Shown in pieces: positions 24,923-34,333 of a DNA stretch of 35,916 nt. Position numbers and translations under genes: made by a program. Within the stretch, counting starts at the first letter, position 1; each line of letters starts with the position of its first letter. The notes under the pieces were generated by a model, which worked only from the letters and a program-made list of their open reading frames with translations, ran no database searches and was not told where the DNA came from. Where the stretch lies: sequence record DRR723986_11331. The stretch is one strand, 5' to 3'.

Positions 24923-26212
24923 ATGTATAAGAAATTTCTCTGTGCGGGTTTTGTTGCCAGTAGCTTGGTTCTGGTTCCTGCAAAAGAAACCCGGGCCAAT
25001 GATGCGGCTGCTTTGATCGGTGGTGCCTTAATTGGTGGAATTATTATCAACGAAGTTCATAAAAACAAACAACGTCAGCGCCAAACCACAACGCAGACGA
25101 CGCGAACAAAGAAACGGTCTTCGGGCATTTCAACTGCGCAACGCCAGCAGAACAGGGATGTTCAGACATCTCTGAACTACTTTGGGTACAATGTTGGTGC
25201 TGTTGATGGCTCTTTGGGGCGAAAGAGCCGTGTCGGGATTTCACGATACCAATCCGACATGGGCTATAATACGGACGGCTACCTTGATGATCACGAACGT
25301 AGCTTTCTTGTCGGATCGCACCAACGGGCCTTGGCCAGTGCACATGTCGCACCATACAATCAGATCTTGGCCTCTCAGGGGCAACAGGGCCTGCTAAGAG
25401 CGTATCGGAACGAGCAGCTTGGGATTCCCATTCAACAGCCATCCCAAGCGCCAATTCAGCACACGACCGCAGCGGCTCCGGCAGCGGTTCCACAAGCTCC
25501 GAGCACCGTTCCAACACGGGCCAGCACCGCAGCTTTGCCTGACTTCACGTTTGGTCAGACTTCTCGAACGGCCAATGCGCTGTGTAACGAGGTCAATATT
25601 TTGACCGCAGCAAATGGGGGGCTGACGACGGCCAACCGTGTGACGGATGCAAACTTTGCCCTGAACGAACAATTCTGTCTCTCGCGCACACAAGCCATGG
25701 CTGAAAGTTCACGGATCGAGGCAACAATCCCGAACCTGACAGCCCCTCAGATTGAACAGCAATGCGAAGGCTTGACCCAAGCTATTGCGCCTATGATGGA
25801 AGGGGTCGAAGCGGCCCAAGCTGGACAGGTGCTGGCCAAGACATCAACCTTCCTCACAAACTCTGGAAAACCCATGAACCAGCTGATTTCTGGTGGTAAA
25901 GTGTGTCTCGGGATTGGGTACAGAACCGACAATGCCAAAATGGCAATGGCTTCTGGGCTGTTGTTGGCGGGGGCAGGTGAACTTGGATATGGCGAAACCG
26001 TCAGCCACCATCTGCGCGAAGGCATTGGGACCAATCGTGCAGCGGGTCAACAACCCACGGAATGGATGCGGCTGGCGTTGAATGGTGTTCAAGCCGGGAG
26101 CACGGTACCAGGGCAATCTAGCGATCGAATTGCGGTGTTGAGCGCAGCGGTGAATGCATCATCTGCTGGTGGGGGGGCTTTCCCTGTGTTCCCAACGGCA
26201 ACTGGAAACTGA
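24923..26212 (+). CDS. Exported peptidoglycan-binding domain protein
   Basis: GAGG RBS, signal peptide, PG_binding_1 pattern VQTSLNYFGYNVGAVDGSLGRKSRVGISRYQSDMG..DGYL, Pro/Ala linker, four-Cys C-terminal domain. Confidence 0.85.
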   Translation: MYKKFLCAGFVASSLVLVPAKETRANDAAALIGGALIGGIIINEVHKNKQRQRQTTTQTTRTKKRSSGISTAQRQQNRDVQTSLNYFGYNVGAVDGSLGRKSRVGISRYQSDMGYNTDGYLDDHERSFLVGSHQRALASAHVAPYNQILASQGQQGLLRAYRNEQLGIPIQQPSQAPIQHTTAAAPAAVPQAPSTVPTRASTAALPDFTFGQTSRTANALCNEVNILTAANGGLTTANRVTDANFALNEQFCLSRTQAMAESSRIEATIPNLTAPQIEQQCEGLTQAIAPMMEGVEAAQAGQVLAKTSTFLTNSGKPMNQLISGGKVCLGIGYRTDNAKMAMASGLLLAGAGELGYGETVSHHLREGIGTNRAAGQQPTEWMRLALNGVQAGSTVPGQSSDRIAVLSAAVNASSAGGGAFPVFPTATGN

Positions 26213-26230
26213 ACCGACCTTCGTGAACGC

Positions 26231-26262
26231 AAAAAGCCCACTTCGAACCGAGTGGGCTTTTT
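26231..26262. terminator. Bidirectional rho-independent terminator
   Basis: AAAAAGCCCACT-N8-AGTGGGCTTTTT between convergent genes. Confidence 0.9.
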
Positions 26263-26287
26263 GTATCTCGATTAGCGGATGGCGGGA

Positions 26288-26494
26288 TTAGCCATTCTTT
26301 AGGATGTCTTTGCGCTTCTTTTCATACTCAGATTGAGAGATCGCGCCTTCGTCCAAGGCTTTCTTTAGGTCGGTAAGTTCTTGTCCAGTTGTCGTGGTTT
26401 TTACTTCCGTATTTTGCTCTGAACGGCCACCGCCACATGCGCTCAACCCGACCATCGCGACTACAAGCAGGCCTAAAAATCCCAAACGTCCCAT
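26288..26494 (-). CDS. Small lipoprotein with SHOCT domain
   Basis: Lipobox LSA-C; C-terminal ELTDLKKALDEGAISQSEYEKKRKDIL; AAGGA RBS. Confidence 0.85.
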   Translation of the reverse strand: MGRLGFLGLLVVAMVGLSACGGGRSEQNTEVKTTTTGQELTDLKKALDEGAISQSEYEKKRKDILKNG

Positions 26495-26601
26495 CGTTCC
26501 ATCCTTACTGGAAATTATTCGTACCTTCTGTCTAAAGCAGAGGAAACATAGGTCAACAGCTTAACTCAGCTCAATTTTTTCAAGAAACCGAGACGCGGTG
26601 A

Positions 26602-27300
26602 TCAAGGCTGGGCAAGCGCTTTGACGATCGATTGCGCGATTAATTCAGGAACCGCTGAGAGCGCCCCGAGGACGGGCATATGCTCCCCTTGAAAATTGGC
26701 TGCGCGCAGTGCGGTTGGGACGTCTTCATCAGCATGGCCCCCTTGAGCCGCAAAAAACGGCAAACAGATCGCGTATTTGTCGGTTGCATGGGCCGCGTGT
26801 TCAATAGTCGGTTCTTCTTCGACGAAACCGACCTTTAAATCTTTGCATCCAAGCCGCGCTTGCAAAGCATGTCCAAAGTCACGCGTGACCGCTGCGGGAT
26901 TGCGGCTGCGACCGGACCCGTGTGCAGCCAATACCACCTCAAGATCTGATACAGACCAGCCATTGCGGGTTGCCAAAGCTTGGATCGCTTCGGCTGCCAG
27001 TGTGGGCAAGGATGGGTCCAGTCCAAATGGTTCAAGGATCTGAACCTGTGCGGCACCCAATCGCTTTGGCAGAGCTTGGGTGACAAACCATCCCTTGGTC
27101 ATGAACAGGGGATAGATCACCGCAAGATCGGCAGACGCCTCAAGAACGGCCTCAAGGGCATTGGGCGCTGCCAGGGTTGCCGAACCTATACTGTACCCTT
27201 TGGCATGTGTTTGAACCTGTGCTGCAAACTCAGCAAGAGAGGCTTCGGCCTGATCTGGCGAAGAGGGTTGTCCATGTGCGACAATCAAAGCTTGGGGCAT
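26602..27300 (-). CDS. cbiX: CbiX/SirB-family sirohydrochlorin chelatase
   Basis: Two repeats: AHGQPS...YPLFM..G and AHGSGR...GFVEEEP...PFFAAQGGH...DVP. Confidence 0.8.
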   Translation of the reverse strand: MPQALIVAHGQPSSPDQAEASLAEFAAQVQTHAKGYSIGSATLAAPNALEAVLEASADLAVIYPLFMTKGWFVTQALPKRLGAAQVQILEPFGLDPSLPTLAAEAIQALATRNGWSVSDLEVVLAAHGSGRSRNPAAVTRDFGHALQARLGCKDLKVGFVEEEPTIEHAAHATDKYAICLPFFAAQGGHADEDVPTALRAANFQGEHMPVLGALSAVPELIAQSIVKALAQP

Positions 27301-27369
27301 ACGAGGTCCTGAATTCGAGCAGAGCGGGGGCAAGCATATGCCGGTTTCAAAAAGAGGGCAATTCGAAGG

Positions 27370-28302
27370 TCACCCAAGAAGCATCAACCAGAACCAGACC
27401 GTTAGGATCGACCCCCCAGTGGCGATTAGAACCGAAGATGCGGCGATCCGTTTCGCACGCCCATACATGTTTGCGAATATATAGGCGTTGAATCCCGGGG
27501 CCATGGCGGAACACAAAATGGCCGAGCGAAACAAATCCTTTGGCAGGCCAAAGCTTTTGCCAAACATCCACACAAGGGCAGGATGGAGGAGCAGAGAGAC
27601 GGCACAGACAAACCCAATTGCACGCAGATCCCCCTCGGGACGGTATTGGACCAGCACACCGCCCAAAGCAAATAGGGCAACGGGGAGAGCCGCACGAATG
27701 ATAAGGTTCAAGCCATCGTCGAGGGTGGCTGGCAGCACAATACCCGACAGATTGACGATGAACCCCAAAACGATGCCAAGGATCAGAACGTTCTTGAACA
27801 TGGCAGACAAAACGGCGCCAGCCAGTTTTTTGCCACCACGCCCACGATTGCGGAAAACCTCCATAACGGTGATGCCAACACAGTAACAAAATGGCGAATG
27901 AAACGCGATGATGGCATAGTTTCCTGTAAGGTTTTCAGTACCATAGGCGCGTTCAGTAATCGGAAGGCCCAGCAATACGGTGTTGGAAAACAGGCAGCAA
28001 AACCCGATTGCCACGCAATCTTCCCAGTCCCTTTTGAAAATCAGGCGGGCCCCGGTCATGCCCACCATGAAACACAAGCCGGCGCTTAGGTAGAAACTGG
28101 CCAGAAGACGCGGATCAAAACTGGCTTGCAGATCAAGTGTTGTGATCGCTCGAAACAACAAACACGGGATGGCAAAGCTTTGCGTGAAACGCATCAGCCC
28201 GTCGATGTGACCATCTGAGAAATACTCAGCCCGCGTTAAAATGTAGCCAGCGCCAATGACCATAAAAACAGGCAGGATGACATCGACCAAGCTTTGGAAC
28301 AT
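27370..28302 (-). CDS. AEC (auxin efflux carrier) family transporter
   Basis: ILPVFMVIGAGY, IPCLLF, SNTVLLGLP, PVALFALG; about 10 TMs. Confidence 0.88.
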   Translation of the reverse strand: MFQSLVDVILPVFMVIGAGYILTRAEYFSDGHIDGLMRFTQSFAIPCLLFRAITTLDLQASFDPRLLASFYLSAGLCFMVGMTGARLIFKRDWEDCVAIGFCCLFSNTVLLGLPITERAYGTENLTGNYAIIAFHSPFCYCVGITVMEVFRNRGRGGKKLAGAVLSAMFKNVLILGIVLGFIVNLSGIVLPATLDDGLNLIIRAALPVALFALGGVLVQYRPEGDLRAIGFVCAVSLLLHPALVWMFGKSFGLPKDLFRSAILCSAMAPGFNAYIFANMYGRAKRIAASSVLIATGGSILTVWFWLMLLG

Positions 28303-28360
28303 TTGGCGGCCTCCCTGTTTTGGCTCAGCGAACTTGTGCAGATGCAGGATTCAAAGCTGG

Positions 28361-29161
28361 CTAAATTGGATAGCGAATAACCATACCATCATACGCAGGG
28401 GTGATGTGTGAAGGCGTTTCGTCTTCAACTTCTGCATAGTCCAAATCGATATGCATATTCGTCAACACGGCACGTTTGGGCTGCATCTTGGCGATCCATT
28501 CCAGTGCCTTGTCCAGATGGGCATGGGTTGGATGTGGCGTCCGGCGCAGCGCGTCCAGAATCCAGCAATCCAGATCCTTGAGCTCGTCCCAAGCGTCATC
28601 ATAAATTTCAGCAACATCAGGGAGGTACGCCAGATCATTGATCCGAAACCCGAGCGAGTCGATTGCCCCGTGATTGACAAGAAAGGGGCGTAGCGAAATT
28701 GGTCCACCGGGGCCGTCAATGTCGAACGGGCCACTGATCGATTTTAAGTCCAGAATAGGCGGATAGGGCGACCCTTCGGGTTGCACAAAGGCATAGCCAA
28801 AGCGCGAAAGCAGAGCATTTTGGGTATCCCCATCGGCATAGATCGGAATTCGAGAGCGCATATTGAATACGATCATGCGCAGGTCATCGATCCCATGCAC
28901 ATGATCCGCGTGCGAATGGGTATAAACCACAGCATCCAGTCGCCCGGTGCCGGTATCCAATAGCTGGCTGCGCATGTCGGGGGTGGTGTCAATCAGAACG
29001 GTCGTTACGCCCTCTGGACCCTCACGCTCCACCAGCAAAGAACAGCGCCGGCGGACGTTACGCGGGTTGTTGGGATCGCAATCACCCCAATGCCCACCCA
29101 ACCGTGGAACACCGCCTGACGATCCGCATCCTAGAATGGTAAAACGCAATTCACTGGTCAT
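28361..29161 (-). CDS. MBL-fold metallo-hydrolase (PhnP-like)
   Basis: LGCGSSGGVP, THSHADHVHGIDD. Confidence 0.9.
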   Translation of the reverse strand: MTSELRFTILGCGSSGGVPRLGGHWGDCDPNNPRNVRRRCSLLVEREGPEGVTTVLIDTTPDMRSQLLDTGTGRLDAVVYTHSHADHVHGIDDLRMIVFNMRSRIPIYADGDTQNALLSRFGYAFVQPEGSPYPPILDLKSISGPFDIDGPGGPISLRPFLVNHGAIDSLGFRINDLAYLPDVAEIYDDAWDELKDLDCWILDALRRTPHPTHAHLDKALEWIAKMQPKRAVLTNMHIDLDYAEVEDETPSHITPAYDGMVIRYPI

Positions 29162-29973
29162 GTGGCGACCTTATGGGCAGCGACCTTGGTGAACAAGCGT
29201 TCAAAGTTCGCCTGCGTTTGTGCTGCAAAATCTGCATACTCCATGCCAAAGACTTCGGCGCCTTTGCGGGCTGTGTGTGCGGTGTACGCCGGTTCATTGC
29301 GCTTGCCACGAAACGGCGGGGGCGCAAGGTAGGGTGCGTCTGTTTCAACAAGCACTTTGTCCACCGGAGCGGCTGCAAAGATATCGCGCACCTCCTGGCT
29401 TTTGGGAAAGGTCGCGATGCCAGACATCGACAGGTAAAACCCCAGATCCAAAGCTGTTCTGGCCAACTCGGGAGAGGACGAGAAACAGTGCATGACGCAG
29501 GAATACGGCGCGTTTGCCAGTTCTTCGGACAGGATGCGCGCCATGTCATCGTCTGCTGCCCGCGAATGGATGATCAACGGCAGGCCCGTACGCTGTGCCG
29601 CTTCGATGTGGATACGCAGGCTTTGTTTTTGAACATCTGCGCTGTCGGCGGTGTAATGGTAATCTAGCCCGGTTTCGCCGATGCCCACAAATTTGGGATG
29701 CTGCGCCAGCGCGACCAGCTCATCAACGGTGGCCATCGGCTGGTCAGCAGCACTCATCGGGTGGGTGCCTGCGGCATAGAACACAGGTGCGTGTGCCTCT
29801 GCGATGGCACGCACTGACGGTTCATTCACCAGTTTGGTGCAAATCGTGACCATGCGGGTTACGCCTGCGGCGGCGGCATTGGCAACGATGCGATCCAGCT
29901 GCCCTTCGAAGTCTGGAAAATCGAGGTGGCAGTGGCTGTCGGTGATTTCGGGGGTGATCGTGATTTCGCTCAT
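29158..29973 (-). CDS. tatD: TatD-family hydrolase
   Basis: DSHCHLD, GTHP, GETGLDY, IHSR, HCFS, ETDAPYLAP. Confidence 0.95.
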   Translation of the reverse strand: MSEITITPEITDSHCHLDFPDFEGQLDRIVANAAAAGVTRMVTICTKLVNEPSVRAIAEAHAPVFYAAGTHPMSAADQPMATVDELVALAQHPKFVGIGETGLDYHYTADSADVQKQSLRIHIEAAQRTGLPLIIHSRAADDDMARILSEELANAPYSCVMHCFSSSPELARTALDLGFYLSMSGIATFPKSQEVRDIFAAAPVDKVLVETDAPYLAPPPFRGKRNEPAYTAHTARKGAEVFGMEYADFAAQTQANFERLFTKVAAHKVAT

Positions 29974-29989
29974 TGGCCTCAACTGGCGG

Positions 29990-31105
29990 TTATCCCGCTG
30001 CGGTTTCCTGCATCTTGAAAACCGTATCTAGAACAAGAGAGGCGGGGTCAAGGTTCACCGCCTGACCATGACGCGTGCGGGCTGTGATCGTCGTCGCAAT
30101 CTCTGCCCACATGCGGCCTTTGCGTGGATTTGGGGCGAGCTTGGCCAGCACTTGTGCCTCACCCTGGGCGGCCTCGGGATGTGGTGGTTGGCCTGTGGCC
30201 CCGGTCCGCGCAAGGCGTGCCAAGGCGATATCGATGAGCGAGAGCAACAATTCGAATTTGTCGGCTGCGTTGCGTTGTGCAGCAGCGTCAGCCAATGCCA
30301 TCGCGCGTTGTCTATCCAACCGTGGCATGGTGCCAAGTATGGCAATCAATTCGGAATAGATCTGTAACCCACCCAAATTCAAAAGCCGCAATGCCGCACC
30401 AACGGATCCTGCAGCCAGCGCCGCCAAGTGGTCTGGATTATCAGGCACTTGGGCATTGGCTTGTTCCAGTGCGGCCTGCATGTCTGACGCGTTCAGCTGG
30501 CCCAACCTGAGCGTACGGCACCGAGACCGGATCGTCGGCAACAGGCGCGAGGGTTGGTGTGAGATCAACAAAAGCGTCGTCCGCGCGGGCGGCTCTTCCA
30601 ACATTTTCAACAAGGCATTTGCCGCGCTTGTGTTCATTTCGTCAGCGGAATCCACGATCACGACACGACGTCCACCATCCGTGGACGAGAGTCCGAAAAA
30701 CCGGCCCAATTTGCGAACATCGTCTACGACGATTTCTTTGCGCAACTTGCCGTTGTCGTTCAGCGAGCGGGTGATTGACGCCAGCCCCGGCTCTGCACCT
30801 GCTTGAATGCGATGGGCTATGGGGTGATCCGGGGAAATATCCAACGATGTCGGGGCAGGGAGCGCTCCGAACAACCCGTCGTTGTCAGCGGGTGGATTCG
30901 CCAGCAGAAACAACGCGATCCGCCACGCAAGGGTCGCTTTGCCTACCCCCTGTGGGCCGGTCAACATCCACCCATGATGCAAACGTTCTGAATGGAACGC
31001 CGTCAAAAATGCCGCTTCGGCAGCCTCTTGGCCGAAAAGGCGTGTCGTTTCACGCGGATGCGGGGCGCCGGGGGCTTGATCCGGGGCTGGAATATCGTCG
31101 CTCAT
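29990..31105 (-). CDS. holB: DNA polymerase III subunit delta'
   Basis: GPQGVGKATLA, AANALLKMLEEPP, LLPTIRSRC; follows tmk. Confidence 0.95.
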   Translation of the reverse strand: MSDDIPAPDQAPGAPHPRETTRLFGQEAAEAAFLTAFHSERLHHGWMLTGPQGVGKATLAWRIALFLLANPPADNDGLFGALPAPTSLDISPDHPIAHRIQAGAEPGLASITRSLNDNGKLRKEIVVDDVRKLGRFFGLSSTDGGRRVVIVDSADEMNTSAANALLKMLEEPPARTTLLLISHQPSRLLPTIRSRCRTLRLGQLNASDMQAALEQANAQVPDNPDHLAALAAGSVGAALRLLNLGGLQIYSELIAILGTMPRLDRQRAMALADAAAQRNAADKFELLLSLIDIALARLARTGATGQPPHPEAAQGEAQVLAKLAPNPRKGRMWAEIATTITARTRHGQAVNLDPASLVLDTVFKMQETAAG

Positions 31106-31749
31106 ACTAGCGCCTTATCCAGCGCTTGCAGAGTGATCCGAACCAACTCCTCAGTAATGGCATCCATACCTTGTCCGCCATCCACGACTCGAAAACGATC
31201 AGGGAATTCCTGTGCCAGAGACAGAAACCCCGCCCGCATTTTATGTTGCAACTCGGGGCCGAAATCTTCGAACCGTTCTTCGGTGCCTTGCCGGGCTTTG
31301 GCGCGCGACAGACCCACGTCTGGGTCCATATCGATCAGCATTGTCAGGTCTGGTTCGCGTCCAATCATCAGCTGATGGAGCTGATCCACAAGGGCGCGCA
31401 AATCACCGCGCGACAGCCCTTGGTACATGCGGGTGCTGTCGGCAAACCGGTCACAAATGACCACTTTCCCTGCGGCCAACGCGGGCAGAATAGTGCGTTC
31501 CAAATGGTCACGTCGCGCGGCTGTGAACAGCAGGATTTCCGTTTCGGCAGACCAGCGATCTGGATCCCCCTCCAGAACGAGACGACGGATTTCTTCGGCA
31601 CCCGGTGAACCGCCGGGTTCGCGAGTCAACACGACATCGTGCCCCAAACCGCGCAAATGTTCCGCGAGCCTGCGGGCTTGCGTGGATTTGCCCGAGCCAT
31701 CAATGCCTTCGAAAGTCAGGAACAGGCCTGAATGCGTGTCGTTAGTCAC
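31102..31749 (-). CDS. tmk: Thymidylate kinase
   Basis: FEGIDGSGKSTQ, TREPGG, CDRFADST..YQG. Confidence 0.97.
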   Translation of the reverse strand: MTNDTHSGLFLTFEGIDGSGKSTQARRLAEHLRGLGHDVVLTREPGGSPGAEEIRRLVLEGDPDRWSAETEILLFTAARRDHLERTILPALAAGKVVICDRFADSTRMYQGLSRGDLRALVDQLHQLMIGREPDLTMLIDMDPDVGLSRAKARQGTEERFEDFGPELQHKMRAGFLSLAQEFPDRFRVVDGGQGMDAITEELVRITLQALDKALV

Positions 31750-32912
31750 AGGGCCCCCGACGGGCTATCAGAAAGTTGTTTCACGATCACTTGAGCCACG
31801 GCCTTCATGCGGACAAGAAAACCGCCCGAGGAAACCTCGGTTGCGGCAACGAGCGGGCGACGAATTTCTGGCAGACCTTCGGGTTTGAGCACCAGTTCAG
31901 CCAATTTCTGGCCTTTGACAACCGGAGCATTCACCGGGCCATTGTAAACAACCTCGGCCTTGATGGTTTTGTCCGAGAGCACAGGCAACAGCAGGCTCAA
32001 ATCCTCAGCTGGGACCAACCCTACCGATTGTTGGCTTCCCATCCAGACTTTGGCGTGGGCGACGGGAGTATCTGCACGGGCGACGGTTTTTTGGCTAAAG
32101 TGGCGAAACGACCAGTTAACAATGGCCTCAGCCTCCTCTGCGCGCTTTGCGTTGCTGGTCAGACCAGACAGCACAAAAATGACACGGCGACCGGATTGCT
32201 TAGCGGATCCAACCAAGCCAAACCCAGCTTCTGAGGTGTGGCCGGTTTTTAGCCCATCTGCCCCAATATCCAGTTTCAATAACGGGTTCCGGTTCTGGGT
32301 GTTGCTGGGCGCGCGTCCATCAAAGGCGAATTTCTTTTCTGAGAACAGCGGGTAGTACTCAGGAAAATCTGTGATCAGTTTGTTCGCCAAGAGAGCCAGA
32401 TCATGCACAGACATCCGGTGCCCCGCCGCAGGCCAGCCATTTGAGTTCGCAAAGGTTGAGTTTGTCATGCCCATTTGCTGGGCGCGTTTGGTCATGTAGC
32501 GGGCGAAACCGGCCTCGGTTCCATCTGGGCTCAGCGCCTCTGCGATGACGGCGCAGGCATCATTGCCTGACAACACGATGATCCCACGCAGCAGATCTTC
32601 GACTCGAACGCGGTCTTGAGTGTTCAGGAACATGGTCGAGCCTTTATAGCTCATGGCATGTTGGGATACGGGCAGCTCTTCGTTTAAGGTCAACCGCCCG
32701 TCGCGCAAGGCCTCGAACGCGACATACAGCGTCATAAGCTTGGACATCGACGCAGGGGGCAGCGCTTCGTCAGCATTCTTTGCCAATAATACGGTGCCTG
32801 TGCCCTGATCCAGAACATAGGCTGCGGTTGCAGACGTGTCATAAGCAAAGGCAGGAAAGGCTGTGACTGCTACCGAAACAGCAAGGGTGATAGAGCGGAG
32901 TGAAGACAGCAC
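31746..32912 (-). CDS. dacA: D-alanyl-D-alanine carboxypeptidase (PBP5/6 family)
   Basis: Signal peptide, SxxK (SMSK), SGN, KTG and a C-terminal PBP5 domain. Confidence 0.92.
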   Translation of the reverse strand: MLSSLRSITLAVSVAVTAFPAFAYDTSATAAYVLDQGTGTVLLAKNADEALPPASMSKLMTLYVAFEALRDGRLTLNEELPVSQHAMSYKGSTMFLNTQDRVRVEDLLRGIIVLSGNDACAVIAEALSPDGTEAGFARYMTKRAQQMGMTNSTFANSNGWPAAGHRMSVHDLALLANKLITDFPEYYPLFSEKKFAFDGRAPSNTQNRNPLLKLDIGADGLKTGHTSEAGFGLVGSAKQSGRRVIFVLSGLTSNAKRAEEAEAIVNWSFRHFSQKTVARADTPVAHAKVWMGSQQSVGLVPAEDLSLLLPVLSDKTIKAEVVYNGPVNAPVVKGQKLAELVLKPEGLPEIRRPLVAATEVSSGGFLVRMKAVAQVIVKQLSDSPSGAL

Positions 32913-32924
32913 GGGAAGGTCTCC

Positions 32925-33797
32925 TTATTTGCTGACTGCATATGCGTCAGAGAAGCCGGTCGCTTTGACCTTTTTCAACAACGTGGAACGTTCGGATTTA
33001 CTTTGGGCGGGGCCGACGACCACGCGCCAGAATGGCTTACCGTTTGCGGCTTGTTCGAACACGGTGGGGGTCATACCCGCACTGCGCATTTGATCAGCGG
33101 TGCGGTTGGCGTTGGCTTCGACACTGAAGATACCGATTTGGACATATGGTTTGCTGAGCGATGATGTTTTCGCCGGGGCGGGTTTGGCTGCCTGCTCGGT
33201 TGGCGCAGTCGGAGCCGCGGGCGTGGACGCGGCAATTGCAGCGGCTGCGCCACCCGCAATTGGATCAAGGGGCGCTTCGGTGATTTCGCCGCCCGGTTCG
33301 ATTGCTTTAGCCGGGGCAAGCGTGTCTTCGATCTCGGGCTCTTCATCGACCGCTTCGCGCCGCAGGGCGGTGACGTTTAGCTCAACCGGCGCACCGGGGA
33401 GCATGCCAAGCGCGGATGCTGCATCGGATGAGGCCTGAATACGTGGCCCTGGAATGTCTCTCTCCCTGCGGAACAACGCGCCGATCACGAATTTACCGTT
33501 TGCGCTGTTGCGGATGATCACGCGTTCGGGATCGGTGGCATCAGGGTGTGCCACCCAAACGCCGCCCAGTGATGGTCGCCCATCCCAGAGCCCCGACTCG
33601 GTGACTTGAAACACTTCGGGCGCCTCGATGTCGCGTTCAATCAGCTTGGTGCTCTGAGATTGGGTTGGTTCAGCGGTTTCCTTTGGTTGCAAAAATGGCA
33701 ATTTGGCACCGTCGTCACAAGCCGCCAAAAACGTGAGGGCAACCGTAAGCATCGCCAGACGCGGACCGAACTGGGTTGTCGCTGCTTCTCGAATCAT
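32925..33797 (-). CDS. SPOR-domain lipoprotein (RlpA-like position and architecture)
   Basis: Lipobox LAA-C, C-terminal SPOR YVQIGIFS..ANA...WRVVVGP...GFSDAY. Start uncertain (33797 or 33752). Confidence 0.82.
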   Translation of the reverse strand: MIREAATTQFGPRLAMLTVALTFLAACDDGAKLPFLQPKETAEPTQSQSTKLIERDIEAPEVFQVTESGLWDGRPSLGGVWVAHPDATDPERVIIRNSANGKFVIGALFRRERDIPGPRIQASSDAASALGMLPGAPVELNVTALRREAVDEEPEIEDTLAPAKAIEPGGEITEAPLDPIAGGAAAAIAASTPAAPTAPTEQAAKPAPAKTSSLSKPYVQIGIFSVEANANRTADQMRSAGMTPTVFEQAANGKPFWRVVVGPAQSKSERSTLLKKVKATGFSDAYAVSK

Positions 33798-33964
33798 TTT
33801 TTGTCCCTTGCCTGTCTCGGGCGCTGCGTCTGAGCCCAAAATGCCGGTTTACCGGTCGTTACCTCACCAGAGCCAGATAGCCCATTTGCGGCAAAGCATA
33901 GCCTGAGCGTTGCGGCAATGAAAGTGGTCAGAAATGGGGCCGGCAAGAATTCCCTATTTTCGAC

Positions 33965-33993
33965 TTGCCATAGGCGCGCGGACCCCCTAAATC
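33965..33993 (+). promoter_or_regulatory. sigma70 promoter of tRNA-Ser
   Basis: TTGCCA-17 nt-TAAATC, ending 11 nt before the mature tRNA. Confidence 0.65.
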
Positions 33994-34004
33994 ACATTTC
34001 CAAC

Positions 34005-34094
34005 GGGGAGGTGGCAGAGTGGTCGAATGCGGCGGTCTTGAAAACCGTTGAACGTGAGAGCGTTCCCAGGGTTCGAATCCCTGTCTCCCCGCCA
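34005..34094 (+). tRNA. tRNA-Ser (anticodon TGA)
   Basis: Acceptor GGGGAGG/TCTCCCC + G + CCA; anticodon arm GCGGT-CTTGAAA-ACCGT; long variable arm; GGTTCGAATCC; 90 nt. Confidence 0.97.
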
Positions 34095-34333
34095 CTTTGC
34101 ATTAAATTCAGTACCTTCCAGCTTGGCGAACAGTCAGGTGTCGACTGGGAACGGTACGCTGGCATCGGGTGAATGCTCGTCGGCTTTGTGGGCGGTTACC
34201 CAAGATATTGACCGCAGGCGTGCCGACTTCCTTTACGTGGGATGCAGGGCTTGCACGCGTTGAATATTTGAAAATTCAAATGCATCCCATATGTGAGGAT
34301 ATGTAGCGCTTTAGCTTTGAAAGATCATGGCCA

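Noticed and set aside
9372-26212. Calling the central operon a type VI secretion system
   Set aside because: No tssB/C, hcp, vgrG, clpV, tssJLM or baseplate genes are in the window; only accessory Tag/PpkA-like parts.
9124-26290. srf locus as a mobile genomic island
   Set aside because: No integrase, transposase, flanking direct repeats or tRNA at its borders, and no obvious compositional shift by eye.
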